Shown: positions 1 to 10,613, counted from the stretch's first letter. The stretch is 35,205 bases of DNA from an uncultured Clostridium sp. (GCA_964617175.1 CAZTVT010000003.1:1-35205); one strand, 5' to 3'. Numbers and translations: made by a program. The notes: generated by a model from the letters alone, not told the origin.

Positions 1-978
1 GCCATTATCTGTTAAAATGTATTTAAAAACTCGTTTAAATAATTCTGAACCAATAATTCTTTCGATATTATCAAGTTCGGCTTTTACAGAGTCAGCAGAT
101 TTATCAGGTAATAGCCTAGCTATCATAAAATTAAAGTTTCTAAATAACATAGTTAGTAATACTTTACCTTTTTCAGATGTTCCAATTACAGTATCCATTT
201 CTACCACATTAACATTAGGTTTTTCTTCCAGTAATTTTTTGAAATCATCATAAGTTCTGCCAATTTTATAACTGTAATCTTTTTTTGACTTATTAGTATT
301 TTTATTACGTACCTTATATTTAATTTTTCTAGGTAAATCGATATTTTTTACAGATAATATTCCAGCATCTATATAATTGTACAAACAATTTACTTTGCAA
401 GGAATTTCGTCTTTATGATTTCTATATATGAGTTTAATAGATTGCCCTTGCTTTATTAAAGGAGAAATTAAATCATCAAGTTTTTTTAATTCTTCTGGTG
501 TGATATTAATACCCTGTCTTCTAGAGATAAGAGAATTTTCATATTTCTTTTTAGCTTCACTAGCAAAGTATATATATTTAATTTTTCTACATTGAGCATA
601 ACTATTACAAGCATTACACACGTAGGGAGGTTTTAATAGTTTCTCACATATTTGTAGTTCATATTGGGAGCAAATACTATTACATTTTCCACAGCGTCTA
701 CATTCAGAATGACAATTAGCATTACACAAGTTTTTAATATTGCAAAGTACTTTATGTTTACAATAATTAGTTTTGTTGTTAAAATTGGAAGGCTTGCGCT
801 CAGTTCGGTACTTTTTTACTTCCTTTGAAATGGTGGTTTTATGCTTTTGAATTTCATCAGCGATTTCGTAAAATTTAAAACCTGCTTTTAAAAGCTTTTC
901 AATATCTTCTCTGTTAAACAAGGTTAGATGCTTTTGATAAGCAGTATTTAATTTATTTTTCAATATTACCACCACCAT
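1..978 (-). mobile_element. IS30-family transposase gene, partial (3' end runs off the left edge of the window)
   Basis: Absent from the ORF track because it has no stop in the window. My minus-strand translation from ATG 978 reads MVVVILKNKLNTAYQKHLTLFNREDIEKLLKAGFKFYEIADEIQKHKTTISKEVKKY (N-terminal HTH typical of IS30 transposases). A Cys-rich block follows, then VVEMDTVIGTSEKGKVLLTMLF and ILTDNG at position 1, which fit the first two D residues of the DDE triad (DTV, TDNG). The frame is open over all 326 codons. Confidence 0.8.
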
Positions 979-1183
979 TCAAAGCACTATATAACTTTAT
1001 TTCAAGTTCAAGAAGGTAATGCTCAATTGTTTGTAGGTATTCTTCAGTACAAAGTGCGTAGTCAATTAGATCATCAAGATAAGCATTATATTTACCTGCT
1101 TTTATACTTCTTAAAAACTTTAACATTTCTCGTGTATGACATAGTGTATCATGTATAATTATTCTTATTTCTTCATCTATCAT
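953..1183 (-). CDS. Small hypothetical protein (76 aa) whose 3' end overlaps the transposase start by 26 nt
   Basis: ORF-track ORF with a GGAGA Shine-Dalgarno about 7 nt upstream of the ATG. Predicted helical, no motif recognised. It could be an IS-borne accessory ORF or a hybrid ORF crossing the IS end. Confidence 0.35.
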   Translation of the reverse strand: MIDEEIRIIIHDTLCHTREMLKFLRSIKAGKYNAYLDDLIDYALCTEEYLQTIEHYLLELEIKLYSALNGGGNIEK

Positions 1184-1382
1184 TTTTTATCTCCATTTCT
1201 AATATTAGATGAAACAACATAACAATTATACAATATACGTCCAAGACTAAATTCTACTTTAGGGTGGTATAATTTACTTTTAAACTTAAATAAGGTAAAA
1301 TAAGTTTTAATTTTAGTATTGTAAAAAAATAAAACTGATGATATAATATATTCACAATTTAGTGTATTAGGAGAGAATAGTT

Positions 1383-2345
1383 ATGAAGTTTGTACAGAAA
1401 AGTTCATTAGAATTAGGAGATGTTGTTTTACCTGATTTATTTATATTAAATTATATGCCACAACTTGAAAGTATAGATGTAAAAATTTACCTTTATATAT
1501 TATTTTTATCAAAAAAAGGCCTTGAAATCGATAAACCAGATCTTGCTAAAAAGTTAGGTATAACAGAACAAGAACTTTCTTTTGGATTAGAGAGACTTCA
1601 AGCTGAAGAGTTATTAGTAAGAACAACACATGGATATAACATACCAGATATAAGAGAAAATGAAATAAACAAGACATATATCCCTAAAATTGAGCCAAGA
1701 AGAACTAAAGTACAGACAGAACGAGATAGAAAAAGGATTGCAGCAGCTAGTGCAATAAATGAAAGTTTCTTCCAAGGAGTAATGTCTCTTGGATGGTATA
1801 CAGATATAAGCGCTATGTTTGAAAATTATTCATTTTCTGAAGAAGTAATGATTGCATTATTTCATTATTGTCAAGAAAGAAAAGCTTTAAATAAAAAATA
1901 TGTTCACGCGGTAGCGGAGAGTTGGTATAACGGTGGAGTGAAAACATTTGAACAATTAGAAGAATTTTTAGAAAACTATGATAATATGCAAAAAATAAAG
2001 CAAAAAATTTCAAAAGCTTTAAGACTTAATCGAAATTTGACAAAGTATGAAGAGCAATATATTGATGCATGGGTTAAAGATTATGGTTACGATTTTGATG
2101 TTATTGAAGAAGCTTTAAAACGTACAGTAAATAAATCTAATCCAACTATAAGCTATGTAAATGGAATTTTAGTTAACTGGCATAAAAAAGGATTTAAAAA
2201 TGTAAAAGATATTGAGAATGAAAATTCTACGTCACATACTGAAAGTACAAGTAGTTATAAAAGAACTACAGGAACAAAAACTAAATATCAAGATGTTAGT
2301 CAAAGAGAGTATACTAATTTAGAGTCATTCTATGATAATATGTAA
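1383..2345 (+). CDS. DnaD-domain replication initiation / primosome protein (Gram-positive DnaB/DnaD type)
   Basis: Two C-terminal DnaD/DnaB_2-like repeats (VHAVAESWYNGGVKTFEQLEEF and ISYVNGILVNWHKKGFKNVKDIE) after an N-terminal winged-helix-like region. AGGAGA RBS. Its stop overlaps the start region of the downstream helicase-loader gene, the usual dnaB-dnaI style pairing. Confidence 0.75.
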   Translation: MKFVQKSSLELGDVVLPDLFILNYMPQLESIDVKIYLYILFLSKKGLEIDKPDLAKKLGITEQELSFGLERLQAEELLVRTTHGYNIPDIRENEINKTYIPKIEPRRTKVQTERDRKRIAAASAINESFFQGVMSLGWYTDISAMFENYSFSEEVMIALFHYCQERKALNKKYVHAVAESWYNGGVKTFEQLEEFLENYDNMQKIKQKISKALRLNRNLTKYEEQYIDAWVKDYGYDFDVIEEALKRTVNKSNPTISYVNGILVNWHKKGFKNVKDIENENSTSHTESTSSYKRTTGTKTKYQDVSQREYTNLESFYDNM

Positions 2346-2356
2346 TGGAGGCGGCT

Positions 2357-3370
2357 ATGGATAATCAAGTATATAGAGAAATTTTAAAAAAAAGAGATAT
2401 AAAAAGACAAAGGAAGATTGATGAGGCTATTATTAAAAAGAAAAAGATATATAAAGATTATCCTGAGTTAGAAGAGATAGAAAGAGAAATAAACATGCTT
2501 GCACTTAATATAACCAGAAGTATAGTAGCAAGTGATGAGATTACAAAACAAATTGAAAAAGAAAACATGAAAATAAAGCTTGACAAACTTGAAGAAAAAA
2601 GGCATAAAATATTAAAAAAAATTGGTATAACAGAAAAAGATTTAGAACCTAATTTTGATTGTAAAGTATGTAATGATACAGGTATGGTTACTAAAGATAA
2701 TATAACTAGTTATTGTAATTGCTTTAATCAAGAAGTTTTAAATTATACATATAGGCAATCTAATATATTAAAATTAGCTGATGAAAATTTTAAGACTTTT
2801 GATAATTGCTATTATTCAAGTAAGCCTAATAAAGAAAAATATGGTATTGAAAAGTCTCCACTTGAAAATATAGAAATTATAAAAAATATAGCAATAGAGT
2901 TTTGTAAAAATATAAAATCAGAAAATCAGAAGAATTTGTTATTTACAGGCAATACAGGTCTTGGAAAGACTTTTATTTCTAATTGTATTGCAAAAGAGCT
3001 AATAGATAAAGGGCTTAATGTTGTATATCAAACATCTCCAATATTAATGGATCAGATTATAGATTATAAGTTCTCTTATGATAAGACAGAATCGCAAAAA
3101 GAAAAATATAATAAAATTTTTAATGTTGATTTGCTTATTATAGATGACCTTGGAACTGAGACAATGAATAATAATAAGTTTACAGAGCTGTTTAATATTA
3201 TAAATACAAGACTGCTAAATAATAAAAAAATGGTAATATCTACAAATTTAAGTTTAAATGATTTATACAATAGATACGATGAAAGAATTTTGTCAAGATT
3301 AATTGGAAACTTTATAATATGTAAGTTTATAGGTGAGGATATTAGATTAAAAAAGAAAAAAATAAAATAA
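2357..3370 (+). CDS. DnaC/DnaI-type replicative helicase loader (AAA+ ATPase)
   Basis: Walker A FTGNTGLGKTF, Walker B LLIIDDLGTE, and an N-terminal Cys cluster CKVCNDTG...YCNC. Start moved from 2345 to ATG 2357 because GGAGG at 2347-2351 sits 5 nt upstream of it. Confidence 0.8.
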   Translation: MDNQVYREILKKRDIKRQRKIDEAIIKKKKIYKDYPELEEIEREINMLALNITRSIVASDEITKQIEKENMKIKLDKLEEKRHKILKKIGITEKDLEPNFDCKVCNDTGMVTKDNITSYCNCFNQEVLNYTYRQSNILKLADENFKTFDNCYYSSKPNKEKYGIEKSPLENIEIIKNIAIEFCKNIKSENQKNLLFTGNTGLGKTFISNCIAKELIDKGLNVVYQTSPILMDQIIDYKFSYDKTESQKEKYNKIFNVDLLIIDDLGTETMNNNKFTELFNIINTRLLNNKKMVISTNLSLNDLYNRYDERILSRLIGNFIICKFIGEDIRLKKKKIK

Positions 3371-3373
3371 AAA

Positions 3374-3401
3374 GGTTGGATATAAAAAGTCCAATCTTTT
3401 T
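3374..3401 (+). terminator. Rho-independent terminator after the helicase-loader gene
   Basis: ggttgga / tccaatc stem (7 bp, one G-U) followed by a T5 run. Confidence 0.5.
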
Positions 3402-3614
3402 ACTTGATTTTACTTATATTACGTTATATAATACTGGCGAGAAAATTGATATTTTTTCTGAATTTAGAAGAAAATTTTTAATGATGAAGGAGAATATAGA
3501 CTATGAGAAAAAGAGTATACTATAATTAACAATGCTATTGATAATTTTATGGATAGCATAAAATTTTGAAGCGTATAAAAATTTAAAATCTAAATTAATT
3601 AAGGAAGGTTTTTT

Positions 3615-4055
3615 ATGCACATACTTTTTATTGATGATATGCCAGATATTAAAGTTAAGTCAGCTATTTACTATTTAGAGGCTAAGAAAATAAAATTTAG
3701 TTATACTATTTGTAAAAGTATTAATAGTGCGCTCAGGTATTTTGCAAAACATATTTCTGAAATTGACTTAATAGTTGTTGATTTTGGATTGCCTCAGTTT
3801 GATGGTGATAAAAGTTATATAGATCAATATGGAGGATTAGATGTTATTGATGAAATAGTGCTTCATAAAGAAGTAATAGATATTCCAATAATAATTAATT
3901 CTACAACAAAAGTTGAACCTAACGATGGCAGTACAGAAAAAGAATATTTTAGCTTTTACGCTCCTGCAATAATTGAACATGTTGATAAGCTTGATGGTAA
4001 GTGGCTGCTTGAATTTTTAAAAAGTCATTTCAAAGAAAAAATAGAACTCCTATAA
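3615..4055 (+). CDS. Stand-alone receiver (REC/CheY-like) domain protein, divergent
   Basis: ILFIDD (acidic pair after beta-1), DLIVVDFGLPQFDG (candidate phospho-acceptor Asp) and IPIIINSTT (beta-4 Ser/Thr) are laid out as in response-regulator receivers. There is no output domain. AAGGAAGG RBS. Confidence 0.45.
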   Translation: MHILFIDDMPDIKVKSAIYYLEAKKIKFSYTICKSINSALRYFAKHISEIDLIVVDFGLPQFDGDKSYIDQYGGLDVIDEIVLHKEVIDIPIIINSTTKVEPNDGSTEKEYFSFYAPAIIEHVDKLDGKWLLEFLKSHFKEKIELL

Positions 4056-4072
4056 CGGAGCTCTATTTTTTT
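4041..4072 (+). terminator. Rho-independent terminator overlapping the stop of the REC-like gene
   Basis: atagaactcc / ggagctctat stem (one mismatch), 6-nt loop, T7 run. Confidence 0.7.
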
Positions 4073-4148
4073 GGAATTTTTTTAACAGCTACTTTTTTTA
4101 TTTGTTTTTGTTAAAATATATGATAAAATAGTTATAGGTGAGTTAGAT

Positions 4149-4778
4149 ATGAAACAAAACATTATTTTTTTAATAAATAGTATACTAGCTGGAATTATGA
4201 TAGGTATTGGAGGAACAATTTTTTTGTCTTTAGAGAACAGAATTATAGGTTCTTTTATGTTTGCTATTGGCTTATTTGTAATAGTTAGTAATGGATTTAA
4301 TTTGTTTACAGGTAAGGTTGGATATGTCTTTGATAATAACTATAAATATTTAATTGAAGTATTTATTACTTTAGTTGGAAATTTTCTAGGTATATATATA
4401 GTGGGATTTGTATTAAAATACACAAGAATTTCAGAGTTAGTAATGAAAAAAGCTCAAATTATATGTGAAATTAAAATAGAAGACAATATTTTTAGTATAC
4501 TGATACTTTCTATTTTTTGTGGCTTACTCATGTATATTGCTGTTAATGGTTATAAAACAATTAAGAGTGATTTGGGTAAAAATTTAATTATTTTTTTAGC
4601 TGTTTCTACTTTTATACTTTGTGGATTTGAACATTGTATAGCAAATATGTTCTATTTTACAATATCAGAAATGTGGTCATTAAAAACAGTGGGATATTTA
4701 ATAATAATGATATTAGGAAATAGCATAGGTGGAGTTTTAATACCATTATGTAATAAATTGATAAAAAAATTATGCTAA
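4149..4778 (+). CDS. Short formate/nitrite transporter (FNT) family membrane protein
   Basis: Polytopic hydrophobic protein with FNLFTGKVG and GFEHCIANMFYF, which resemble the two FNT signature regions. AGGTGA RBS. Confidence 0.6.
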   Translation: MKQNIIFLINSILAGIMIGIGGTIFLSLENRIIGSFMFAIGLFVIVSNGFNLFTGKVGYVFDNNYKYLIEVFITLVGNFLGIYIVGFVLKYTRISELVMKKAQIICEIKIEDNIFSILILSIFCGLLMYIAVNGYKTIKSDLGKNLIIFLAVSTFILCGFEHCIANMFYFTISEMWSLKTVGYLIIMILGNSIGGVLIPLCNKLIKKLC

Positions 4779-4921
4779 TATTGTATATAAATATACTTGT
4801 TTTTTATATTTTAACATTAAAACATTAAAAAGGCACAATTCAAAATTTGACAAACGTTCAAAAATAATGTATAATATATCAGATAGAAAAAATATACTTA
4901 ATTGAAATTTCAAAAAGGGAG

Positions 4922-5752
4922 ATGAGAAAATTGGGAATTTTTTTAAAGTCTTTGGGCTTTCACGCACCTAATATGAGGTTTAAACCAACATCATGCTATC
5001 TTATACCAAGAAAAAATAAACTTTTGATATTGGATGTAGGTGTAGGTGTAAAAGATAAGTTGTTAAATTATTTTATAACTAACAAATTATTACCTGAAGA
5101 TATAGCAATAGTTATATCGCATAATCATATTGACCATGTAGCCGGTATTAGTGTAATTGGTGAATTTATGTTAGAATTTTATCCACATTCCAAAATTAAA
5201 CTTTTTATGAGTGACACATCAGAAAAGTATTGTGATTGGTATTATAACATTTTAAAAAAATATAGTTCAGTCTTTGAAGTGCAGGTAATAGATGAAAACT
5301 TTGAGTTTGAATTTGCTGACTTTAATGTTAAGTTTTGCAAAACAAATCATTGTGAAGATAAAATAAAAAGTTTTGCTACTAAAATATCTTGTGGCTATAA
5401 CTCTTTTGTTTATACCTCTGATATAGCATCTGTTGACAATGAATTAAAGAAATTCATTAAAAATTCTAATGTGGTTATGGTTGAGGCTGGTAATCCAATA
5501 AAGAGAATAATGACTCTTCCTGGATATCACGGTAGTACAAAAGAAAATGTGTACGAGGTTTTAAATAGCGGTGTAAAAAATGTTTATCTTACTCATTTAA
5601 AAGGTTGTTTTGATGAGAGTGATTACATTAATTCTCTTTATGAGGATACAAGGGAATATGTAAATGTTATTGGAACAGAAACTAGTTTTGATATATTTAC
5701 TGGGTTTATTTCACAGGAATATACTAAAAAGGTTTCAGCGTTGTTAGCTTAA
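4922..5752 (+). CDS. MBL-fold metallo-hydrolase
   Basis: HxHxDH motif in ISHNHIDHVAG, plus later His/Asp positions (TNHC, TSD, YHGS). The start is uncertain: GGGAG abuts ATG 4922, so in-frame TTG 4931 is an alternative. TTGACA-17-TATAAT promoter at about 4849-4877. Confidence 0.7.
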   Translation: MRKLGIFLKSLGFHAPNMRFKPTSCYLIPRKNKLLILDVGVGVKDKLLNYFITNKLLPEDIAIVISHNHIDHVAGISVIGEFMLEFYPHSKIKLFMSDTSEKYCDWYYNILKKYSSVFEVQVIDENFEFEFADFNVKFCKTNHCEDKIKSFATKISCGYNSFVYTSDIASVDNELKKFIKNSNVVMVEAGNPIKRIMTLPGYHGSTKENVYEVLNSGVKNVYLTHLKGCFDESDYINSLYEDTREYVNVIGTETSFDIFTGFISQEYTKKVSALLA

Positions 5753-5776
5753 AAAATGACTCGTGAATTAATTTCA

Positions 5777-6718
5777 CTAGTCATTTTTTCTTTTTCTTTC
5801 TATTTTTAGTATTTGTTCGTAAAGTTTCTCTTCACGTTCAGTAATACCATTTGGCATATCTATATGAACTTTAAGTAAAAGGTCACCTCTTTCTTCATCT
5901 TCTGAAATATAGCCTTTTTTCTCCACTTTTATAATTTCACCATCTTTTAAATGTTTAGGTAAAGATACAAAAATAGTTTCATTAAATAATTTTAATTTGT
6001 ATTTTCCACCCACAGCAGCAAGAGCTGGAGTTATGGTAATGTTTTTCTTTAAGTTTATTCCGTCTAATTTAAATTCTTTGTCTTGTAATAATTTTACATG
6101 AATAATTAAATCTCCATTTTTTCCACCATTTTTTCCTGGATTACCAAGTGCAGCTAGACGTATACTATCGCCGTTTTGTATACCTATAGGAACATTAACA
6201 GAAAAGGTGTTAAGTCCTGTTCTATATGATTTTATTGCAATTTTTTTCTCGGCGCCAAAGAAACCTTCTTCTAATGTTACTTCTATATTAGAAATTATGT
6301 CTTTACCTTTTTCAGGTTTTTGTTTTTGTCTCTTTTCGTCTTTTGTCGCATTTGGAGCGTTATTAATATCTCCAAAGTTTTGTGCATCATCTTTTTTTAA
6401 TCCAAGTATTGTACTTAATAAGTCATTTATAACGTTAACCCCTGATTTAAATTCATATTTTACATTTGAAAGACTTGAATCAGTATCGACCATGCCATAA
6501 CCATACCTTGCTACTTGTCTATCATATTTTTTTCTTTTTTCATCGTTAGTTAATACATCATAAGCCTCATTAATATCTTTAAACATGCTTTCGGCTTCTG
6601 GCGTTTTATTTGTATCGGGATGATATTTTTTAGCTAATGTTCTAAATGAATTTCTTATTTCATCACGTGTACTTTTTCTATTAATATTCAATATTTCATA
6701 GTAATTTTTATACTTCAT
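5777..6718 (-). CDS. J-domain co-chaperone of the CbpA/DnaJ class lacking the zinc-finger region
   Basis: N-terminal J domain YYEILNINRKSTRDEIRNSFRTLAKKYHPDTN with the HPD motif. C-terminal DnaJ_C-like beta domains (GDLIIHVKL, GDLLLKVHIDMP). No CxxCxGxG repeats. GGGGAG RBS. Confidence 0.8.
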   Translation of the reverse strand: MKYKNYYEILNINRKSTRDEIRNSFRTLAKKYHPDTNKTPEAESMFKDINEAYDVLTNDEKRKKYDRQVARYGYGMVDTDSSLSNVKYEFKSGVNVINDLLSTILGLKKDDAQNFGDINNAPNATKDEKRQKQKPEKGKDIISNIEVTLEEGFFGAEKKIAIKSYRTGLNTFSVNVPIGIQNGDSIRLAALGNPGKNGGKNGDLIIHVKLLQDKEFKLDGINLKKNITITPALAAVGGKYKLKLFNETIFVSLPKHLKDGEIIKVEKKGYISEDEERGDLLLKVHIDMPNGITEREEKLYEQILKIERKRKND

Positions 6719-6845
6719 ATATGCTCCCCTTTAATATTTCAACTTTTTTACATTATATCACAAATTCTTTAAAATACAATAATTTTAGCTTGCTTTTTTA
6801 TTTTTTTTCTAGTATAATAAAGTTGTATTAAATGGAGGTATGAAA

Positions 6846-9302
6846 ATGGACATTAATGATGAAAACTTTTTATCGTCACAAACAATTGTGCCTGTTAAAA
6901 TAGAAGAGGAGATGAAAAGGTCATATATAGATTATGCGATGAGTGTTATCGCATCACGTGCACTTCCAGATGTAAGAGATGGATTAAAGCCAGTTCATAG
7001 AAGAATACTTTATTCTATGAGTGAACTTGCACTTTGGCCAGAAAAACCTTTTAGAAAATCAGCAGGAATTGTAGGTGAAGTTATGGGAAACTATCATCCA
7101 CATGGTGATGCTGCAATTTATGATGCTTTAGTTCGTTTATCACAAGATTTCTCACTAAGATATCCAGTTGTAAATGGGCATGGTAATTTTGGATCAGTTG
7201 ATAACGACCCTCCAGCTGCTATGAGGTATACAGAGGCAAAATTACAAAAAATAGCACTTGAAATGTTAACAGATATAGATAAAGATACAGTTGATTTTGT
7301 GCCAAACTATGATGATAGATTAAAAGAACCATCTGTTTTACCAGCTGCGTTTCCATATTTATTAGTAAATGGCTCTTATGGTATAGCTGTTGGAATGGCT
7401 TGTAACATTCCGCCACACAATTTAACTGAAGTAATAGATGGTGTTTGTGCACAGATAGATAATCCTGAAATTACAAATGAAGAATTAATGCAATATATTA
7501 AGGGACCAGATTTTCCAACAGGAGCTACAATCGTTGGAAAAGAAGGTATAAAGAGTGCATATACTACTGGTAGAGGAAAGGTATGTGTAAGATCTAAGGC
7601 TGAAATTGAAGAAGATAGTAGAGGAAGATATAAAATTGTTGTAACTGAAATCCCTTATCAAGTTAACAAAGCCCAAATGATTAAAGATATAGCAAAACAA
7701 GTTCAAGACAAGGTAATAGAAGGGATATCTGATTTAAGAGATGAATCTGATAGAGAAGGAATTAGAATAGTATTCGAACTTAAAAGAGACGCAAATCCAA
7801 ATGTTGTTCTTAATTTATTGTATAAACATTCACAACTTCAAACTACACAAAGTATGTTAATGCTTGCATTAGTTGATAATCAGCCAAGAGTATTAAAATT
7901 AAATGAAATATTGCACTATTATATAAAGCACAGAGAAGAGATTGTTGTACGTAGAACAAAATTTGAACTTGCAAAAGCAGAAGCAAGGCTTCATATTTTA
8001 GAAGGTTTAAGAATAGCTATTGATCATATAGATGAAATTATAAAAATTATAAGAGCTTCTTATGATGACGCTGCACAGAGGCTTATGAAAAACTTTGGAC
8101 TTGATGAAATACAAGCTACAGCTATTCTTGAAATGAAACTTAAAACTTTATCTGGTTTACAGAGAGAAAAAATAGAAAATGAGTATAACGAGTTACTTGA
8201 ATTGGTTGCAAAATATAAAGCTATTCTTTCAGATGAACATTTAGTAACTAATATTGTAAAAGAGGAGTTACTAGCTGTAAAAGAAAAATTTGGTGATGAA
8301 AGAAGAACTGAAATAGTACATGGCGAAGGTGATATAGACATTGAAAGTTTAATTAAAGAAGAAACTAATATTGTAACGCTAACGCATTTTGGATATATTA
8401 AAAGAGTAGCTGCTGATGTATATAGAAGTCAGAAACGAGGTGGAAAGGGACTTACTGCAATGAGTACTCGTGAAGATGATTTTGTTGAACACTTATTTGT
8501 TACTTCTACGCATGATTATATTATGTTCTTTACAACAACAGGAAGAGTATTTAGACTCAAAGCATATGAAATTCCTGAAGCTGGAAGAACAGCAAAAGGA
8601 ATGGCTATTGTTAATTTACTTCAATTAGGTCAAGGAGAAAAAATTGCCGCTGTAATGTCCGTACATGATTATAATGATGAATTGTATGTTCTTATGGCTA
8701 CAAAAAATGGACTTATAAAGAAAACAAAACTTTCTGAATATGCTAATATTCGTAAAACTGGAATACAAGGAATCACTTTAAAAGATGATGATGAATTAAT
8801 TGATGTAAGACTTACTGATGGAAATACAAGTATAATAATGGTTACAAAGCAAGGTATGTCAATTAGATTTAAAGAGGAGGAAGTACGACCAGTTGGTAGA
8901 ACTTCTATGGGAGTTAAAGGTATAAATCTTGGAAAAGATGATAAAGTTGTTGGAATGGAACCTATAACTGCTAATGAAGACTATATATTAGCAATAACAG
9001 AAAATGGTTTTGGAAAGAGGACAGAGATTGAAGAATATAGAGAACAATCAAGAGCTGGAAAAGGAATATTAACATATAAAACAACTGCTAAAACTGGGCA
9101 TATTATAGGAGTAAAAATTGTAAATGATCAAGATGATGTTATGCTTATAACAGATACTGGTGTTGTAATACGTATAAATGTAAAAGATATAAGTGTACTT
9201 GGAAGAAATACACAAGGTGTAACTCTTATGAGAACATCTGATGGATGTAAAGTTGTTAATATGGCAAAAATTTTAAAAGAAGATGAAACTGATAATATAT
9301 AA
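6846..9302 (+). CDS. gyrA: DNA gyrase subunit A
   Basis: Canonical N-terminus ([31 protein letters not shown]) and catalytic region [11 protein letters not shown] GyrA-box QKRGGKG in the C-terminal domain argues for GyrA rather than ParC. Start moved to ATG 6846 (GGAGG at 6834-6838). TTGCTT-17-TATAAT promoter upstream. Confidence 0.9.
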   Translation: MDINDENFLSSQTIVPVKIEEEMKRSYIDYAMSVIASRALPDVRDGLKPVHRRILYSMSELALWPEKPFRKSAGIVGEVMGNYHPHGDAAIYDALVRLSQDFSLRYPVVNGHGNFGSVDNDPPAAMRYTEAKLQKIALEMLTDIDKDTVDFVPNYDDRLKEPSVLPAAFPYLLVNGSYGIAVGMACNIPPHNLTEVIDGVCAQIDNPEITNEELMQYIKGPDFPTGATIVGKEGIKSAYTTGRGKVCVRSKAEIEEDSRGRYKIVVTEIPYQVNKAQMIKDIAKQVQDKVIEGISDLRDESDREGIRIVFELKRDANPNVVLNLLYKHSQLQTTQSMLMLALVDNQPRVLKLNEILHYYIKHREEIVVRRTKFELAKAEARLHILEGLRIAIDHIDEIIKIIRASYDDAAQRLMKNFGLDEIQATAILEMKLKTLSGLQREKIENEYNELLELVAKYKAILSDEHLVTNIVKEELLAVKEKFGDERRTEIVHGEGDIDIESLIKEETNIVTLTHFGYIKRVAADVYRSQKRGGKGLTAMSTREDDFVEHLFVTSTHDYIMFFTTTGRVFRLKAYEIPEAGRTAKGMAIVNLLQLGQGEKIAAVMSVHDYNDELYVLMATKNGLIKKTKLSEYANIRKTGIQGITLKDDDELIDVRLTDGNTSIIMVTKQGMSIRFKEEEVRPVGRTSMGVKGINLGKDDKVVGMEPITANEDYILAITENGFGKRTEIEEYREQSRAGKGILTYKTTAKTGHIIGVKIVNDQDDVMLITDTGVVIRINVKDISVLGRNTQGVTLMRTSDGCKVVNMAKILKEDETDNI

Positions 9303-9310
9303 CTTTGATA

Positions 9311-9346
9311 AAGTGACTAGTTTTTTTCTAGTCGCTTTACTTTTTT
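9311..9346 (+). terminator. Rho-independent terminator after gyrA
   Basis: aagtgactag / ctagtcgctt stem, T7 loop, T-rich tail. Confidence 0.7.
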
Positions 9347-9374
9347 AGTAAAAAATGATATAATGTATATAGTT

Positions 9375-9704
9375 AAAGTATTTCAAATAGTCGCTTGAGT
9401 GTGTCTCAAGAGGAAAGTCCGGACACCGCAGGGCAATAGTGCTAGATAACGTCTAGTGAGGGTAACCTTAAGGAAAGTGCAACAGAAAATAACCGCCATT
9501 TTATGGTAAGGGTGAAAATGTGAGGTAAGAGCTCACGGAATGCTATGGAGATATAGCATTGGTGTAAACCCCACTTGGTGCAACACCAAAAAAGAAAGGT
9601 TAAGACGGCCCGTCATCTTTCGTGGTTGGTGGCTTGAAGTATATAGTAATATATACTCTAGATAAATGACTATTTAAAACAGAATCCGGCTTATGAAATG
9701 CTTT
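9375..9704 (+). ncRNA. rnpB: RNase P RNA (type-A-like layout)
   Basis: Universal blocks GAGGAAAGTCCGGAC, GTGCAACAGAAA, GGTAAGGGTGAAA..GGTAAGAGCTCAC and ACAGAATCCGGCTTAT in the expected order. The ends pair as P1 (aaagtatttca / tgaaatgcttt). TGATATAAT promoter element just upstream. Confidence 0.9.
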
Positions 9705-9841
9705 AACTATTGTATATATGCGTAGCTTATCTATGATGGGCTATATTTTTATATAAAAAAGTCATATATAATTGACATTATTTTTTTTTTGTATTATACT
9801 TAAATATGTAAAGCAAAATTATTAAGAAATGAGTGATTTAT

Positions 9842-10540
9842 ATGGAATTTAAAGCGTTAGATGGAAAAAATGTAGAAATAGAAGTAAATGGTGAAAAATT
9901 TTTAAGACATGCAGTAAAGACACATTATATTAAACTTGGAGAAAATTATATTGATATTATTGAAAAATATGTAAAACCTATATATGAGGAAGATGACATT
10001 GTATCAATAAGTGAAAAAATAATATCTCTTTGTCAAAAAAGAGTAGTTTACAAAAAAGATATGAAAGTAGGACCACTTGCAAAATTTTTATCAAAGTTTG
10101 CAATGAGGTCTGATGCAGGATGTGGCGTAGATAACCCATACAAAATGCAATTTGCAATTAATCTTTGTGGTAGACTTAAGGTTATATGGGCTGCAATAGC
10201 AGGCGGAGTATGTAAATTGTTTGGAAAAAGAGGAGTTTTCTATGAAATTACAGGACCAGAAGTAAGTGGTCTTGATGGATTTTATGGACATGTTTTTGAA
10301 GATTATAATGATTTTGGTATAAGAATACCAGAAGATTCAACTGGTGTATGTAATGAAATATATGAAAAGTTAGGAGTTAAAGCAATGATTGTTGATGCTA
10401 ATGATTTTAATGCAGAAATATTAGGTAAGTCTGATGTTATAAAATATAACAATGAAGAACTTTCAAAAATGATAAAAGATAATCCGGCAGGTCAAGAAAA
10501 AACATTAACACCAATTGTTTTAATTAGGAGAAAAAAATAA
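9842..10540 (+). CDS. CofE-like (F420-0:gamma-glutamyl ligase fold) family protein
   Basis: Resembles the CofE-like family as I remember it: IVSISEKIISLCQKR, SDAGCGVDNPY, MIVDANDF. The ORF-track start is GTG 9833; ATG 9842 is preferred. Function in a non-F420 organism is unknown. Confidence 0.45.
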   Translation: MEFKALDGKNVEIEVNGEKFLRHAVKTHYIKLGENYIDIIEKYVKPIYEEDDIVSISEKIISLCQKRVVYKKDMKVGPLAKFLSKFAMRSDAGCGVDNPYKMQFAINLCGRLKVIWAAIAGGVCKLFGKRGVFYEITGPEVSGLDGFYGHVFEDYNDFGIRIPEDSTGVCNEIYEKLGVKAMIVDANDFNAEILGKSDVIKYNNEELSKMIKDNPAGQEKTLTPIVLIRRKK

Positions 10541-10613
10541 ATTTAAATATTTTGTTTAGGAATTAATATTTATTATATAGAATAATGTATAGTGTTAATA
10601 TTTGGAGGAGTTT

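Noticed and set aside
17-253. 78-aa plus-strand ORF at the left edge.
   Set aside because: It is antisense to the IS30-family transposase reading frame, which has clear family motifs. The antisense ORFs at 6207-6500, 7219-7452, 7485-7706 and 8060-8341 inside the J-protein and gyrA genes are rejected for the same reason.
1383-3370. The DnaD-like and DnaC-like pair next to an IS could be a prophage replication module.
   Set aside because: No phage structural, lysis, integrase or repressor genes are in the window. The pair is followed by ordinary chromosomal genes, so chromosomal primosome genes are the simpler reading. The prophage reading cannot be excluded without homology searches.
6846-9302. 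The type II topoisomerase A subunit could be ParC (topoisomerase IV), since no gyrB is adjacent.
   Set aside because: A GyrA-box (QKRGGKG) is present at the start of the C-terminal domain, which favours GyrA. The missing adjacent gyrB is noted but does not decide the call.
9781-9790. T10 tract in the promoter spacer of the CofE-like gene as a phase-variation site.
   Set aside because: Short A/T homopolymers are everywhere in this genome, and nothing else about the locus suggests contingency behaviour. The longer T13 tract at 22963-22975 is kept as a finding because of its repeat-rich accessory context.
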